This document shows, in pieces, positions 7,764 through 18,172 of a stretch of DNA of 32,000 nucleotides (within the stretch, counting starts at the first letter, position 1; every line of letters begins with the position of its first letter). The DNA is taken from contig LYOS01000007.1 in NCBI GenBank assembly GCA_001766815.1, positions 13,393-45,392 on the forward strand, read 5' to 3'. The position numbers were made by a program, and so were the translations under genes. The notes under the pieces were generated by a model. The model worked only from the letters and a program-made list of their open reading frames with translations. It was not told where the DNA came from and made no database searches. Source of the stretch: Candidatus Syntropharchaeum caldarium. GTDB lineage: Archaea > Halobacteriota > Syntropharchaeia > Syntropharchaeales > Syntropharchaeaceae.

Positions 7764-10358
7764 GTGCAGAATATAGCAAAAGAGTACGATCACAGGCGTA
7801 TTGAAGCGAAAGGCATCGAGAATTGGGATGACAGCCTTTATTATTTTGATTGGGAGTCTGATAAAGCACCTTACATTATCGATACGCCTCCACCATATCC
7901 AACAGGTAGCTTTCACATAGGAAATGCACTCAACTGGTGTTATATCGATTTTATAGCGAGATACAGGCGTATGCAGGGGTATAATGTGATGTTTCCTCAG
8001 GGATGGGACTGTCATGGCCTTCCGACAGAGGTGAAGGTTGAGGAGACACACGAGATAACAAAGAGTGGGCTTGATAGGATTGAGTTCAGAAGACTGTGCT
8101 GTGAATTGACCTCATCGAACATCGAGAAGATGCGGAATACGATGAAATCACTCGGTCTCTCGATCGACTGGTCGAATGAGTACATCACAATGGATCCTGC
8201 TTACTACAGAAAGACGCAGGTTTCCTTTGTCAGGATGTACGAGAAAGGGCTTATCTATCGTGATGATCATCCAGTGAACTGGTGTCCGAGATGCAAGACT
8301 GCGATCGCATTTGCAGAGGTTGAGTATGACACGAGAGAGACATCTTTGAATTACATACACTTTGAAGGCGTTGATATCGCAACCACAAGACCAGAACTGA
8401 TCCCTGCATGTGTTGCTGTTGCTGTTAACCCTGATGATGAGCGGTTCACGGATCTTATTGGCAAAGAGGTTGGCGTTCCAATATTTGATTACCACGTGCC
8501 AGTTATAGCAGATCCAGAAGTTGATTCTACGTTTGGTACAGGAATTGTTATGATCTGTACGTTTGGTGATAAACAGGATGTCAGGTGGTGGAAAGAGCAT
8601 TCATTGCCCCTTAGAAGGGCTATTGATCGGGATGGAGTGATGACCGAGATTGCGGGTAGATACGCCGGGATGAAGATCAAAGAGACAAGGGATGCTATAA
8701 TAGAAGACCTCAAAAGACTTGGTTTGCTCTATGAGAGCGAGCGAATAGAGCAGAATGTTGGGCTTTGCTGGCGGTGCAAGACACCGATTGAGATACTCTC
8801 CGAACGTCAGTGGTTTGTCAGGATTGAACAGGAGAAGGTGCTTGATGCAGCGGCAAAGATCGAGTGGATACCAGATTACATGATAATCAGGCTCAAAAAC
8901 TGGGTTGAGTCGATGGAATGGGACTGGTGTATTTCAAGGCAGCGTCTATTTGCAACACCGATACCAGTCTGGTACTGTAAAGCGTGTGGTAAAGCGCTTG
9001 TAGCAAGAGAGGCTGAACTCCCGGTTGATCCAACAATTGATTTGCCTGAAGAAACATGTTCGTGCGGATCTAATGAGTTTGAGGGTGAAACAGATGTTCT
9101 TGATACATGGATGGACAGTTCAATCTCTGCGCTTGTTGTTGGGGGCTGGCTTGAAGATAAATTTATTTTTCCGACACAGTTAAGACCGCAGGGGCACGAT
9201 ATCATCCGTACATGGGCTTTTTACACAATTTTGCGATCGATCGCGCTCACAGACAAGATCCCATGGGAGACGATTGTTATAAATGGTATGGTGCTTGGTG
9301 AGGATGGGCACAAGATGAGTAAATCAAGGAATAACATCACAGCACCTGAAGCAGTGATGGAAAAGTATGGTGCCGATGCCTTCAGGCAGTGGGCCGCAAT
9401 CGGAGGATCAACAGGCTCTGATGTGATGTTCAGGTGGAAGGATATTGTTGCAGCCTCGCGGTTTCTACAGAAACTGTGGAGCATTCTCAGATTCTCATTG
9501 ATCCACATCGATAAAGAAAAAGCCCCTTACAAAAAACCAGAGCAACTTCGTGCAACTGACAGATGGCTTCTTACACGACTCAACATGCTGATTGAGACTG
9601 TCACCGCGAAGATGGATGCCTACAGCTTCGATGAGGCGATGAAGGAGATACGTGGATTTACGTGGAACATACTTGCAGATGACTACATCGAGCTTGTGAA
9701 GTCAAGACTTTACTCAGCAAACTCTGATGGAAGCGAATCTGCAATCTACACGCTTTACACTACAATGGAAACATTATCAAGGCTCATCGCACCTTTTATG
9801 CCATTCTTTGCCGAGGAGATGCACTCATATCTCGCTGCGGATAGTGTACACGCAAAAGATTGGCCAGTTGTCAACTATGACCTGATCGATGAGCGATCGC
9901 TTGAGGAGGGCGAGCTTATACGAAAGATCGTTGAAGCGGTTCGAAGGTACAAATCAGAGAATAAAATTCCCCTCAACGCACCACTTAAAAATATTGAAAT
10001 TTACACGACCCTCGATCTGGACGTTGATGATATAAAAGGAACCTTGAACAGTGAGGTTGAGATTGTAAGTCCCACAACAACACTCAACATGAAGGCGGTC
10101 TCAATCAAGCCAAGGATGGATGTGATCGGTCCTATGTACAGGAAGCAGGCTGGAGAGATTGCAAAGCGGTTGCGTGAACTTGACGCCGAAGAGGTCGAAC
10201 AACTCATATCAGAAGGAAAGAAGGTCGAGATTGAGGTTGCTGGAGATCACATAGTGCTCGACGATTCAAGTTTTGAGATTGAACATGCTTTTGAATCCAG
10301 AGGAGAGCGGGTCGATCTTTTGGAGGTTTCTGGGATGAAGATTGCGGTTGCAAGGTGA
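7764..10358 (+). CDS. valS: Valyl-tRNA synthetase (archaeal type)
   Basis: Class I aaRS: [21 protein letters not shown] (HIGH-region), [23 protein letters not shown] (HKMSKSRNN). The 864-aa length fits ValRS rather than IleRS or LeuRS. GTG start; no in-frame ATG nearby. Confidence 0.9.
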   Translation: MQNIAKEYDHRRIEAKGIENWDDSLYYFDWESDKAPYIIDTPPPYPTGSFHIGNALNWCYIDFIARYRRMQGYNVMFPQGWDCHGLPTEVKVEETHEITKSGLDRIEFRRLCCELTSSNIEKMRNTMKSLGLSIDWSNEYITMDPAYYRKTQVSFVRMYEKGLIYRDDHPVNWCPRCKTAIAFAEVEYDTRETSLNYIHFEGVDIATTRPELIPACVAVAVNPDDERFTDLIGKEVGVPIFDYHVPVIADPEVDSTFGTGIVMICTFGDKQDVRWWKEHSLPLRRAIDRDGVMTEIAGRYAGMKIKETRDAIIEDLKRLGLLYESERIEQNVGLCWRCKTPIEILSERQWFVRIEQEKVLDAAAKIEWIPDYMIIRLKNWVESMEWDWCISRQRLFATPIPVWYCKACGKALVAREAELPVDPTIDLPEETCSCGSNEFEGETDVLDTWMDSSISALVVGGWLEDKFIFPTQLRPQGHDIIRTWAFYTILRSIALTDKIPWETIVINGMVLGEDGHKMSKSRNNITAPEAVMEKYGADAFRQWAAIGGSTGSDVMFRWKDIVAASRFLQKLWSILRFSLIHIDKEKAPYKKPEQLRATDRWLLTRLNMLIETVTAKMDAYSFDEAMKEIRGFTWNILADDYIELVKSRLYSANSDGSESAIYTLYTTMETLSRLIAPFMPFFAEEMHSYLAADSVHAKDWPVVNYDLIDERSLEEGELIRKIVEAVRRYKSENKIPLNAPLKNIEIYTTLDLDVDDIKGTLNSEVEIVSPTTTLNMKAVSIKPRMDVIGPMYRKQAGEIAKRLRELDAEEVEQLISEGKKVEIEVAGDHIVLDDSSFEIEHAFESRGERVDLLEVSGMKIAVAR

Positions 10359-10530
10359 GAGGCGAAACAGGTCACAAAGAAGTGCAGGTAAAATTTTCAA
10401 AATCCTCCTTATTTTTATTCGCAATCCTTATAATCATTTACATTATAAATGGTATGTTATGAGAGCGATCACCACTGGTGGTGAATGTGCGAATAAGCGT
10501 TGTAAAATCGAAATCTGAGGTCGAGTAATT

Positions 10531-11874
10531 ATGTCAAAAAGAATTGTGATAATCGGGGGTGGTGATGCAGGAACTTATACACTGGAAGCGATCATGAAAA
10601 GAAAGGAGGATGTGGCGATAACTCTTCTAAAGAAGGACAGATATGGTTCTGTATCTATCTGCGGACTGCCTTTTGCTTTGCAGGGGATTTATCCGCTAAA
10701 AGATATTGAGCTACAGGAACCAGAATTCTTTCAGAGCAGGGGCATCGACTATCGAACCTTAACCGAGGTCACAGAAATTAATTTAGAAGCGAATAGTGTG
10801 ACGATTCAGACAGGAGAGGAGTTAGAATACGATTATCTTGTGATAGCAACAGGAAGCAGACCGTTTATCCCATCAATTCCGGGTGTGGAGCTTGAGGGAG
10901 TTTATACGGTAAAAGATATGGAGGATGGCGAGAGGATTGAGGTCGCTATGAATGATCCAGGTGTGAAAAACGCTGTTGTTATCGGTGCTGGAACAATCGC
11001 GCTTCAGGTTGCAGTTGCATTCTCTAAAAATAATATTAAGACCACGGTTACAAAACCCCGCCCTCTGATCCTTCGTTCAATGTTGGATCCTGATATCGCC
11101 TCAAAAGTTCAGAAAAAACTTGAAGAGCTGGAAATAAGGTTTATACTTGGAAAGGAGACGGTAGCTATAAAGGGCGATGGAGATGTTAAGTCAGTTTTGA
11201 TAGGGGATACTGAGGTTCCTGCTGATATAGTGGTGGCATGCGCGGGAATGCGTCCGAATGTTGATCTTGCGAAAGAAGCTGGGATAGAGATAGGTGAGAG
11301 TGGAGGAATCGCGACAGATCCATTTTTACATGTTAAAAAGGGAAGAGGATATATAGACAATGTATATGCCGCCGGCGATTGTGTGGAGGTCATAGATGCA
11401 ATTACACACCGCCCGAGGTTGAGCATGCTTGCCTCCACGTGTGTAACACAGGCTAAGGTAATATCCGATAACATATTTGGTGATAATTCATCTTTTGATC
11501 CAGTTTTAAGTCCAACCGTCGCCAATATCGCAGGTCTTCAGGTGGGATCTGTTGGGATCACCTCAGAGACCGCAAAAAGATACGGCATGAAGGTTATAAC
11601 CGGCAAAAAGGAGAAGCCTACAAAGCCGAGATATTATCCTGGAAGAAAGTCCATGCTGATGAAATTACTCTTCGATGCCTACTCTGAGCGGTTGGTAGGT
11701 GCACAGATAATCTCGGAGGATCAGGTTGCAGACCGTATAGATGAACTCAGCATCGCGATAAGGTCTGGCATGAGGGCCAGGGAATTACGTATGATGGAGA
11801 AGAGCTTTGACCCCTCTGTTGCATTGCACAGGGATGTGATGGCCGATGCGGCAGAGGATGCTCTAAATGTATAA
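10531..11874 (+). CDS. FAD-dependent pyridine nucleotide-disulfide oxidoreductase (NADH oxidase / CoA-disulfide reductase family)
   Basis: N-terminal Rossmann motif IVIIGGGDAGT, single redox-Cys motif SICGLPFAL typical of the Nox/CoADR family, a second dinucleotide fold VVIGAGTIALQ, and AAGDC near the C-terminal third. Confidence 0.8.
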   Translation: MSKRIVIIGGGDAGTYTLEAIMKRKEDVAITLLKKDRYGSVSICGLPFALQGIYPLKDIELQEPEFFQSRGIDYRTLTEVTEINLEANSVTIQTGEELEYDYLVIATGSRPFIPSIPGVELEGVYTVKDMEDGERIEVAMNDPGVKNAVVIGAGTIALQVAVAFSKNNIKTTVTKPRPLILRSMLDPDIASKVQKKLEELEIRFILGKETVAIKGDGDVKSVLIGDTEVPADIVVACAGMRPNVDLAKEAGIEIGESGGIATDPFLHVKKGRGYIDNVYAAGDCVEVIDAITHRPRLSMLASTCVTQAKVISDNIFGDNSSFDPVLSPTVANIAGLQVGSVGITSETAKRYGMKVITGKKEKPTKPRYYPGRKSMLMKLLFDAYSERLVGAQIISEDQVADRIDELSIAIRSGMRARELRMMEKSFDPSVALHRDVMADAAEDALNV

Positions 11875-11894
11875 AAAGAGTAGGTTTTAGATAC

Positions 11895-11901
11895 AAAAAA
11901 A
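11895..11901 (-). terminator. Oligo-T tract (T7 on minus strand) immediately after the mqnD stop
   Basis: The plus strand reads aaaaaaa at 11895-11901, directly abutting the minus-strand TGA (11902-11904). Archaeal terminators are typically oligo-T runs. Confidence 0.35.
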
Positions 11902-12780
11902 TCACTCAGGAAAGATCGAGTGATTGGAGTGGGGTAATATCCCTGCGTCTTCGCCCATTTTAAAAAGGTATTCAACCGCCTTTATCCCCTCATCTCCAAT
12001 ATCGAGCGTGTTATCATTGACATAAAGATTGATATGTTCAGAAATTACATCATCATCCATCTCCTGGGCGTAAGATCTGATATAGCTCATCGCTTCGTTT
12101 GGATTTTCAAAAGCATACTCGATACTCGATCTGAGCCATCTATTGAACTCATGAATCAGGTTGTATCCAAGCGATCGATCGATCACAATTCCACCAAGCG
12201 GTATCAAAAGCCCCGTCTCATCTTCCCACCACTTTCCAAGATCTATTACCGCTTTCAAGCCATAGATTGGGTATGTGAACCTCCCTTCATGGATTATAAG
12301 CCCACAATCAACATCCCCTGATCTAACAGCTGGCATGATTCTGTCAAAAGACATCACAACGGTCTCTTTGATCTCAGGCTCAAATAACTTCAGAAGCAGG
12401 TTTGCAGTTGTACAGGTGCCTGGTATTGCGATGCGCTTATTTTTAATCTCCTCCGGGTCGATCACCTCATTTGCAACGATCAATGGACCGCATCCTTCTC
12501 CAAGCGCGGCGCCTGCACGAAGAAGTGCATATCTCTCTCTTAAAAATCCAAAAGCATGAAACGAGACCTTTGTAACATTCAGGGTGTGCTTGAATGCCAT
12601 CCTGTTCAGTGTTTCAACATCATCGATCACGGGTTTGAAGGTTACATCCCCTGTCGAGATCCGCCGGTGCATCAGTGCATAGAAGATAAAGGTATCATTC
12701 GGGCAGGGTGAGTATCCAACGCTCAACTTCACACTCAGAGAGAGCACACCAGAGGTCTTTAATATTTCGATCTCCTTCAA
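11902..12780 (-). CDS. mqnD: 1,4-dihydroxy-6-naphthoate synthase-like (MqnD/MqnA family, futalosine pathway)
   Basis: VGYSPCPNDTFIFYAL...DDVETLN...VTKVS...GAALGEGCGPLIV follows the MqnD pattern as I remember it. The start is uncertain: the track uses TTG 12780, and GTG at 12732 (MKLSVGYSPCPND) is an alternative. Confidence 0.75.
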   Translation of the reverse strand: MKEIEILKTSGVLSLSVKLSVGYSPCPNDTFIFYALMHRRISTGDVTFKPVIDDVETLNRMAFKHTLNVTKVSFHAFGFLRERYALLRAGAALGEGCGPLIVANEVIDPEEIKNKRIAIPGTCTTANLLLKLFEPEIKETVVMSFDRIMPAVRSGDVDCGLIIHEGRFTYPIYGLKAVIDLGKWWEDETGLLIPLGGIVIDRSLGYNLIHEFNRWLRSSIEYAFENPNEAMSYIRSYAQEMDDDVISEHINLYVNDNTLDIGDEGIKAVEYLFKMGEDAGILPHSNHSIFPE

Positions 12781-12787
12781 TCGTCTG

Positions 12788-13639
12788 GTGAACTTTATGG
12801 TAAAGGTTGGTTTTCATGTCTCGATTGCAGGCTCAATCGATCGGGCGGTTGATCGGGCGGTTGAAGCTCAATGTGATACATTTCAGATCTTCTCACGAAA
12901 TCCCAGAGGCTGGCAGAGTAAGGAGCTTTCACAAACTGCAATTAATAAGTTTATCGAGAAACTTGAAAGCTCGGGACTCTATCCGCCTGTTGTTCACATG
13001 CCTTACCTTCCAAACCTTGCATCACCCGATGAAGAGGTTTACAAAAAGTCTGTGAATGCACTCATTGCAGAGCTTGTAAGATGTCAGGAGCTCACGATTC
13101 CATATCTTGTCACGCATCTCGGCAGCCACAGAGGTAGCGGGATTGAGAAAGGATATGAGCGAGTTGCAGATGCGATAAAGACCGCGTTTGACGAGGTTGA
13201 AAATGATGTGATTATACTTCTTGAGACTACAGCAGGCACAAAAAACAGCATTGGAGGGTCATTTGAAGATATTAAAGCAATTATGAATCAAATTGATGAT
13301 ATAAACCGTATTGGCGTCTGCTTTGATACCTGTCATGTCTTTGTTGCAGGCTATGAGATTCGAACGACAGAAGGGCTTGAGAGAACGCTGAAGCATTTTG
13401 ATGAGGTGATCGGGCTTTCAAAGCTCAAACTTCTGCATATCAATGATTCAAAAGGGGATCTTGGCTCGAGGCTTGACAGGCATGAACATATCGGGTTTGG
13501 CTATATCGGTGAGGATGGCTTCAGACTGATCCTGCACGATCCGCGCTTGCGGGATCTACCGATGATACTTGAAACTCCTGTCGATGAACGATGCGATGAT
13601 CGTTGTAACATCGAGAAGGTGCGTGAGCTTGCAGGCTGA
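12788..13639 (+). CDS. nfo: Endonuclease IV (AP endonuclease family 2)
   Basis: FHVSIAGS, FQIFSRNPRGW, VTHLGSH, LETTAG, CFDTCH, LHINDSKGDLGSRLDRHEHIGFGYIG. The first ATG in frame, at 12797, may be the true start. Confidence 0.9.
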   Translation: MNFMVKVGFHVSIAGSIDRAVDRAVEAQCDTFQIFSRNPRGWQSKELSQTAINKFIEKLESSGLYPPVVHMPYLPNLASPDEEVYKKSVNALIAELVRCQELTIPYLVTHLGSHRGSGIEKGYERVADAIKTAFDEVENDVIILLETTAGTKNSIGGSFEDIKAIMNQIDDINRIGVCFDTCHVFVAGYEIRTTEGLERTLKHFDEVIGLSKLKLLHINDSKGDLGSRLDRHEHIGFGYIGEDGFRLILHDPRLRDLPMILETPVDERCDDRCNIEKVRELAG

Positions 13640-14276
13640 TATCGAGAGGATCATCGAAGGGTTGAGTGAAGCATATCGAGATAAGAAGACTGCAGTTATG
13701 AAAGTATCCCAGGTTAATGATCCATATCTTGTTCTGATCTCGTGTATCCTGAGCCTGCGAACGAAGGATGAGGTCACAGCTTCTGCCTCTAAACGCTTAT
13801 TTGCTCTTGCAAGAACCCCGGGGGAGATGGTCAAGCTTGAGGTGCGTGATATTGAAAATGCGATCTATCCTGTTGGATTTTATCGACGGAAAGCTAAACA
13901 GATCAAGGAGATCTCCCGTGTGCTTCTTGAAGATTATGATTCACAGGTTCCTGATGAACTGGATGAACTTCTGAAGTTCAATGGAGTTGGGAGAAAGACC
14001 GCAAATATCGTTATTACGGTTGGCTTTGGTAAGCCAGGGATTGCAGTTGATACGCATGTTCATCGCATCTCAAACAGGCTCGGGCTTGTTGAAACAAAAG
14101 ATCCAGATGCGACCGAATTTGCCTTGAGGGCGATACTCCCAGAAAAATACTGGATCTCCTTCAATGACCTGCTTGTGATGCACGGACAGACGATCTGCGC
14201 CCCCATAAGTCCAAAGTGTAGCATCTGTCCGATCACAGCCTACTGTAAGAGAAATGGAGTTCTGAGATCACGATGA
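13584..14276 (+). CDS. nth: Endonuclease III (HhH-GPD DNA glycosylase/AP lyase with 4Fe-4S cluster)
   Basis: HhH motif FNGVGRKTANIV, catalytic-region VDTHVHRISNRLG, and the C-terminal cluster CAPISPKCSICPITAYC. The start is ambiguous (TTG 13569, ATG 13584/13596, GTG 13623), and all candidates overlap the end of nfo. Confidence 0.88.
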   Translation: MNDAMIVVTSRRCVSLQADIERIIEGLSEAYRDKKTAVMKVSQVNDPYLVLISCILSLRTKDEVTASASKRLFALARTPGEMVKLEVRDIENAIYPVGFYRRKAKQIKEISRVLLEDYDSQVPDELDELLKFNGVGRKTANIVITVGFGKPGIAVDTHVHRISNRLGLVETKDPDATEFALRAILPEKYWISFNDLLVMHGQTICAPISPKCSICPITAYCKRNGVLRSR

Positions 14277-14277
14277 G

Positions 14278-14282
14278 TTTTT
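14278..14282 (+). terminator. Oligo-T tract just after the nth stop
   Basis: TGA at 14274-14276 is followed by g then ttttt. Confidence 0.3.
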
Positions 14283-14417
14283 AGTAACCAGTCGAATCTT
14301 AACTCATAAGAGATAAATACACCCATTCAAATTAATAACCTCAAAGGGATGATTCAAACGTCCCATCTTTTATTACAGTTCAATCAAGGTGAGTATAGAT
14401 AGAGGAGGTTTAAAGGA

Positions 14418-15155
14418 ATGGGTTATGTAATTGCAGTATCTGGTAAAGGTGGGACGGGAAAAACACTCATCTCATCGCTTCTGATACGCCACTTCTCAAA
14501 GAAGACTCCTGTTCTGGCAATAGATGCCGATCCAGATTCGAATCTTCCAGAGGCACTTGGTGTTAAGGTTGAAAGAACGGTAGGTGATATCAGAGAGAGC
14601 ATAACAGGGGAAGGTGTCGCTGCGTTTGAGGGAAAAATCCAGGAGGTACTTGTTGAAGAGCGCGACTTCGACCTCTTTGTCATGGGAAGACCTGAACAGG
14701 AGGGGTGTTACTGTGTTGTTAATAATATCCTCAGGGTTGCAATCGATTCACTATCCAAGAATTATGATATAACGATAATCGATTGTGAGGCAGGGCTTGA
14801 ACACTTAAGCCGCAGGACAACACGAAATGTCGATTTCATGATTGTGGTTACTGACGCGACACGAAAAGGCATTCTCACCGCAAAGAGGGTGAAAGAGATT
14901 GCAGATGAACTCAATATAAAGTTCAAGAAAATTCGTGTTATCGTAAACCGTGTTGCACCAGAACTCAGAGAAGAAATGGAGAATGCACTTAATGAGGCGG
15001 GGCTTGAGGTGATTGGCTTCATACCGCATGATCCGATCGTAGCAGAGTATGACCTCAAAGGTAAAACCGTCTTCGAACTCCCGGAGGATACACCTGTAGT
15101 TCAATCATTCAACGAGATCGTATCAAAGATTGAGGAGGAACTTAAGACCTTATGA
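14418..15155 (+). CDS. cooC: CooC-type Ni-insertion accessory ATPase (MinD/ParA-like) for CODH/ACS
   Basis: Deviant Walker A SGKGGTGKT, the CooC-typical C-x-C metal motif (EGCYCVVNN), and DCEAGLEHLSR. A GAGGAGGT SD-like motif lies at 14402-14409. Confidence 0.8.
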   Translation: MGYVIAVSGKGGTGKTLISSLLIRHFSKKTPVLAIDADPDSNLPEALGVKVERTVGDIRESITGEGVAAFEGKIQEVLVEERDFDLFVMGRPEQEGCYCVVNNILRVAIDSLSKNYDITIIDCEAGLEHLSRRTTRNVDFMIVVTDATRKGILTAKRVKEIADELNIKFKKIRVIVNRVAPELREEMENALNEAGLEVIGFIPHDPIVAEYDLKGKTVFELPEDTPVVQSFNEIVSKIEEELKTL

Positions 15156-15838
15156 CGTACCCCAGAGCACTTGCAATAGATCTTGATGGTACAATCGCTT
15201 TCAAAGACAGTAGAATAGATCCTGTTTGCATCGATCCACTCAGATCGCTTGTGAAGGATATTCCTGTGATAATCGCCACTGGGAACACGGTCTGCTATGC
15301 GATGAGTGCCGCGGTTCTTCTTGGAACAGATAGGACGGTGATCGCAGAGAACGGAGGAGTGATAAAAGTTGGTCGTGATGGGGTTGAGATTACGAACGGA
15401 TACGGCGAGGGATGCAGACGAGCATACAATATCCTCAAAGAGGAGATGGAGCTTGAACCGCTCGACTGGGATCAACGAAGGAGTGATGTTGCGCTGAGAC
15501 GGAATGTATCGGTGGATGAACTTTCAAAACGTCTCCGCCAGATCGATCCGTTTCTCGAGGTTGTCGACTCGGGACTTGCGCTACATATTAAAGATAAGCG
15601 CATAAACAAGGGAGAGGGTTTAAAAATAATATCTGAGATTATTGAGGTTGATCTTGCTGATTTTGCAGCGATCGGTGATTCAAATAACGATATTGAGATG
15701 CTGAAAATGGTTGGTATGGGATTTGCGGTTGGTAACGCATCGGATGCGCTCAAAGAGGTTGCAGACGTTGTTCTTGAGAATGAGTATGGCAGAGGTGTTC
15801 TTGAGGCGATCAGAATGTTTAAAACCGACGCAGTATAA
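15152..15838 (+). CDS. HAD-IIB phosphatase (archaeal phosphoglycolate phosphatase-like)
   Basis: HAD motif I AIDLDGTI, motif IV GDSNNDIEM, and ~228 aa. The ATG overlaps the cooC stop (ATGA at 15152-15155). Confidence 0.7.
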   Translation: MTYPRALAIDLDGTIAFKDSRIDPVCIDPLRSLVKDIPVIIATGNTVCYAMSAAVLLGTDRTVIAENGGVIKVGRDGVEITNGYGEGCRRAYNILKEEMELEPLDWDQRRSDVALRRNVSVDELSKRLRQIDPFLEVVDSGLALHIKDKRINKGEGLKIISEIIEVDLADFAAIGDSNNDIEMLKMVGMGFAVGNASDALKEVADVVLENEYGRGVLEAIRMFKTDAV

Positions 15839-17006
15839 TTCCTTCTATCACTTTCGGTAGAAATCTGGTTGATTTTTGCGGCAGTGATCTTTTTTGAGTT
15901 GCAACTTCCTCTATAACTCCTATATCTGGTGGTTTAACGATGAAAGAAGCTGTGCATCTGCCCTGATCAACCCTCTCCATAGCATCACGTATCGTAGGCG
16001 AAAAAGAGATCTTACCACCTTCTTTTATCAACGGATCGATGATCATTTTCTGTAGCTTGAATATATCGAGATTGTTGAGGATCTGAAAACCTGCACCGCA
16101 ATATACAGCTGAGTTTGCATCCTTCTCGTTCTTGAATGCTCTGATAAACTCATCATATCTCTCATAGTTAGTGCCCGTGTGCGCTGCCAGAACTCTCGTT
16201 AACTGATCACGACTCACATCGCTGATGCATCTGTGCCAGGGAAGAAGCAGGAGGTTCGGATCCTGACCCCACACAAGCATCATCATCGTATTCTTCACAC
16301 CATCGCGCTCATCGAGCCTGCACGCGGCTGTGTAGCGGTGGTGGCCATCGAGTATCATCAGCTTCTGATTGCTGAGCGAATGAATGATGTATTCACAGAT
16401 CGCCTGATCATTAATCTCCCAGAGTGTGTGGGTGGTTCCGTTGTGTTTTACCTCGACTATAGGCAGGTTTTCCTTTATGTAAGGTTTAAGAAGTTTGGAT
16501 ATTGCCACACCGTCCTCATTATACTCTGCCATAATTGGGGAGAAGTTCATTCGGCATTTTTTCATGAGATAATATCGTTCCTCTGTATTATCATCAAAAA
16601 CAGACTCGTGACCCATAATTTCCCTGCCCGTATCATCGACAGAGACCAGTGCGACGATGCCAAGTAGTGTGTACTCATCACGTTCTTCATCCGCATCCAC
16701 ACCAGATTTCAGGTCATCCGAAATTTTATAGCAGATCCTGTAGATGTAAAGCGATTCTTTCTCACGTTCTTCGAGTATGCGATCCTGAAAGAGCGTCTTT
16801 ATCGTCGTATCTGCAACTTCAATGAAGTTATCGAGATCAGCGCCGTCCTGTCGTCTTGTTGCATGTATAATATTATTCCTGTTTGCGGCATAGATTTTGT
16901 ATGTCTTCTCATCGATTGTATCATATATCGGTGCAACATACCGCTCCTTCTCGTCAAGTGCTGGACTTAAGGTCACTGCTTTGAATCGAGCTATCTCTAC
17001 CATCAA
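15819..17006 (-). CDS. DUF1015 family protein
   Basis: ~395 aa with the family-typical LMILDGHHRYTAA motif and overall DUF1015 length and architecture. Confidence 0.7.
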   Translation of the reverse strand: MMVEIARFKAVTLSPALDEKERYVAPIYDTIDEKTYKIYAANRNNIIHATRRQDGADLDNFIEVADTTIKTLFQDRILEEREKESLYIYRICYKISDDLKSGVDADEERDEYTLLGIVALVSVDDTGREIMGHESVFDDNTEERYYLMKKCRMNFSPIMAEYNEDGVAISKLLKPYIKENLPIVEVKHNGTTHTLWEINDQAICEYIIHSLSNQKLMILDGHHRYTAACRLDERDGVKNTMMMLVWGQDPNLLLLPWHRCISDVSRDQLTRVLAAHTGTNYERYDEFIRAFKNEKDANSAVYCGAGFQILNNLDIFKLQKMIIDPLIKEGGKISFSPTIRDAMERVDQGRCTASFIVKPPDIGVIEEVATQKRSLPQKSTRFLPKVIEGIILRRF

Positions 17007-17100
17007 TCACCCTTACAGATGAAGTTATATAATGGTTATCCTATAATTACGGGTTAGGGGAGTGAGATAAAGTCTATACCATCTTCAGTGATGCGATTCG

Positions 17101-17706
17101 ATGAGCGGTGAACCGAGATTCAGGGATCTTATAGAGGAGCTGGTGAGTAAGGATTCACTTTCAATAAGCGCTATTCAGCGGCAACTTGAAAAAAAGGGCG
17201 TTAAAGAGCATCGATTAATAGTTACGGGCTATCTCAGGGCACTCAGAGACATGGGAATTGTTGAAGAACGAAAAGTTCCGCCTTCAAAGGTCTATTCACT
17301 AATATCGAAAGAAGAAAAGTCAGAGACAGATTTTTATAGTTATATAAAACAGGAGATCGAAGATCTTGATGTGGATGCAGAGGTTAAGCTTGCTGTTGCA
17401 GTTCTTCTCATAAATACACTATTCCATCGCCCCTGTTTCAGAATCGAACTTAAACGCCTGGGTACATCGTACGTTGAGAGTGAATTTGTTCGGAAGGTAG
17501 ATGGAAGTGCATATATCCGTGCAATCAACCAGAATAAGCTCGCAATATCAGATGATGAACCTGCATTTGAGTGTGTCACCGAGCTTCTCTCTACAGAGGT
17601 TGTTGATCTGATGATCAGGGTCCTATCCAACGTAGTGAAGGAGGTTGTAGATGTCAGCGGGCTGTATGAAAAATATCCTCAGAAGACGCTTGAATTTAAT
17701 CTCTGA
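17101..17706 (+). CDS. Hypothetical protein with probable N-terminal winged-helix domain
   Basis: An ORF with clean codon structure. SISAIQRQLEKKGVKEHRLIVTGYLRALRDMGIVEE looks wHTH-like. I recognise no family. Confidence 0.4.
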   Translation: MSGEPRFRDLIEELVSKDSLSISAIQRQLEKKGVKEHRLIVTGYLRALRDMGIVEERKVPPSKVYSLISKEEKSETDFYSYIKQEIEDLDVDAEVKLAVAVLLINTLFHRPCFRIELKRLGTSYVESEFVRKVDGSAYIRAINQNKLAISDDEPAFECVTELLSTEVVDLMIRVLSNVVKEVVDVSGLYEKYPQKTLEFNL

Positions 17707-18172
17707 GTTGCTCTTCGGTTCTCTGGTGATCGATCGAGAGGTCTGTCGCGATATCATTTCTTTTCTGGCCTTTAAGGTGATATTCCATCTGTTTTCTCGT
17801 TCCGCGTCTGACGAGAAAACCCTCCCGACAGAGCCGTGCAAGGTATGTTGATACAGTGCTCAGAGGAATATCGGTGGCGTAATTCAATTCATAACCTAAC
17901 TTCACATCTGATGATGTGAACCACCTGTTTTCAAATTCAAACTTTAAAAAAAGCCTTAAACGCTCTTTGAGTGTCATAGAAGATTCATTAACATCTTTTT
18001 CGCTATGAAGATAGGGACTCGATGAAGATCCGCCAATATGGTGCACGGGTATTCCAGCATCCTGCATAAATTTGATCAACTTTGCAGCTGTTTTTGGTGA
18101 TTTAACATCGTTTTCCGTTTCCACTGAGGTTTTAAATCCATCATCATCGATAATCTCAAGGTGGATCTTCAT
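17696..18172 (-). CDS. Hypothetical protein with C-terminal wHTH (putative transcription regulator)
   Basis: LSTVSTYLARLCREGFLVRRGTRKQMEYHL is wHTH-like. The track ORF extends to 18268; the internal ATG at 18172 (MKIHLEIIDDDG) is an equally plausible start. The gene is divergent from the MtaA-like gene. Confidence 0.45.
   Translation of the reverse strand: MKIHLEIIDDDGFKTSVETENDVKSPKTAAKLIKFMQDAGIPVHHIGGSSSSPYLHSEKDVNESSMTLKERLRLFLKFEFENRWFTSSDVKLGYELNYATDIPLSTVSTYLARLCREGFLVRRGTRKQMEYHLKGQKRNDIATDLSIDHQRTEEQLRD

Noticed and set aside
7626-8051. 141-aa minus-strand ORF spanning the valS start region
   Set aside because: It is antisense to the highly conserved ValRS N-terminus and has no recognisable features.
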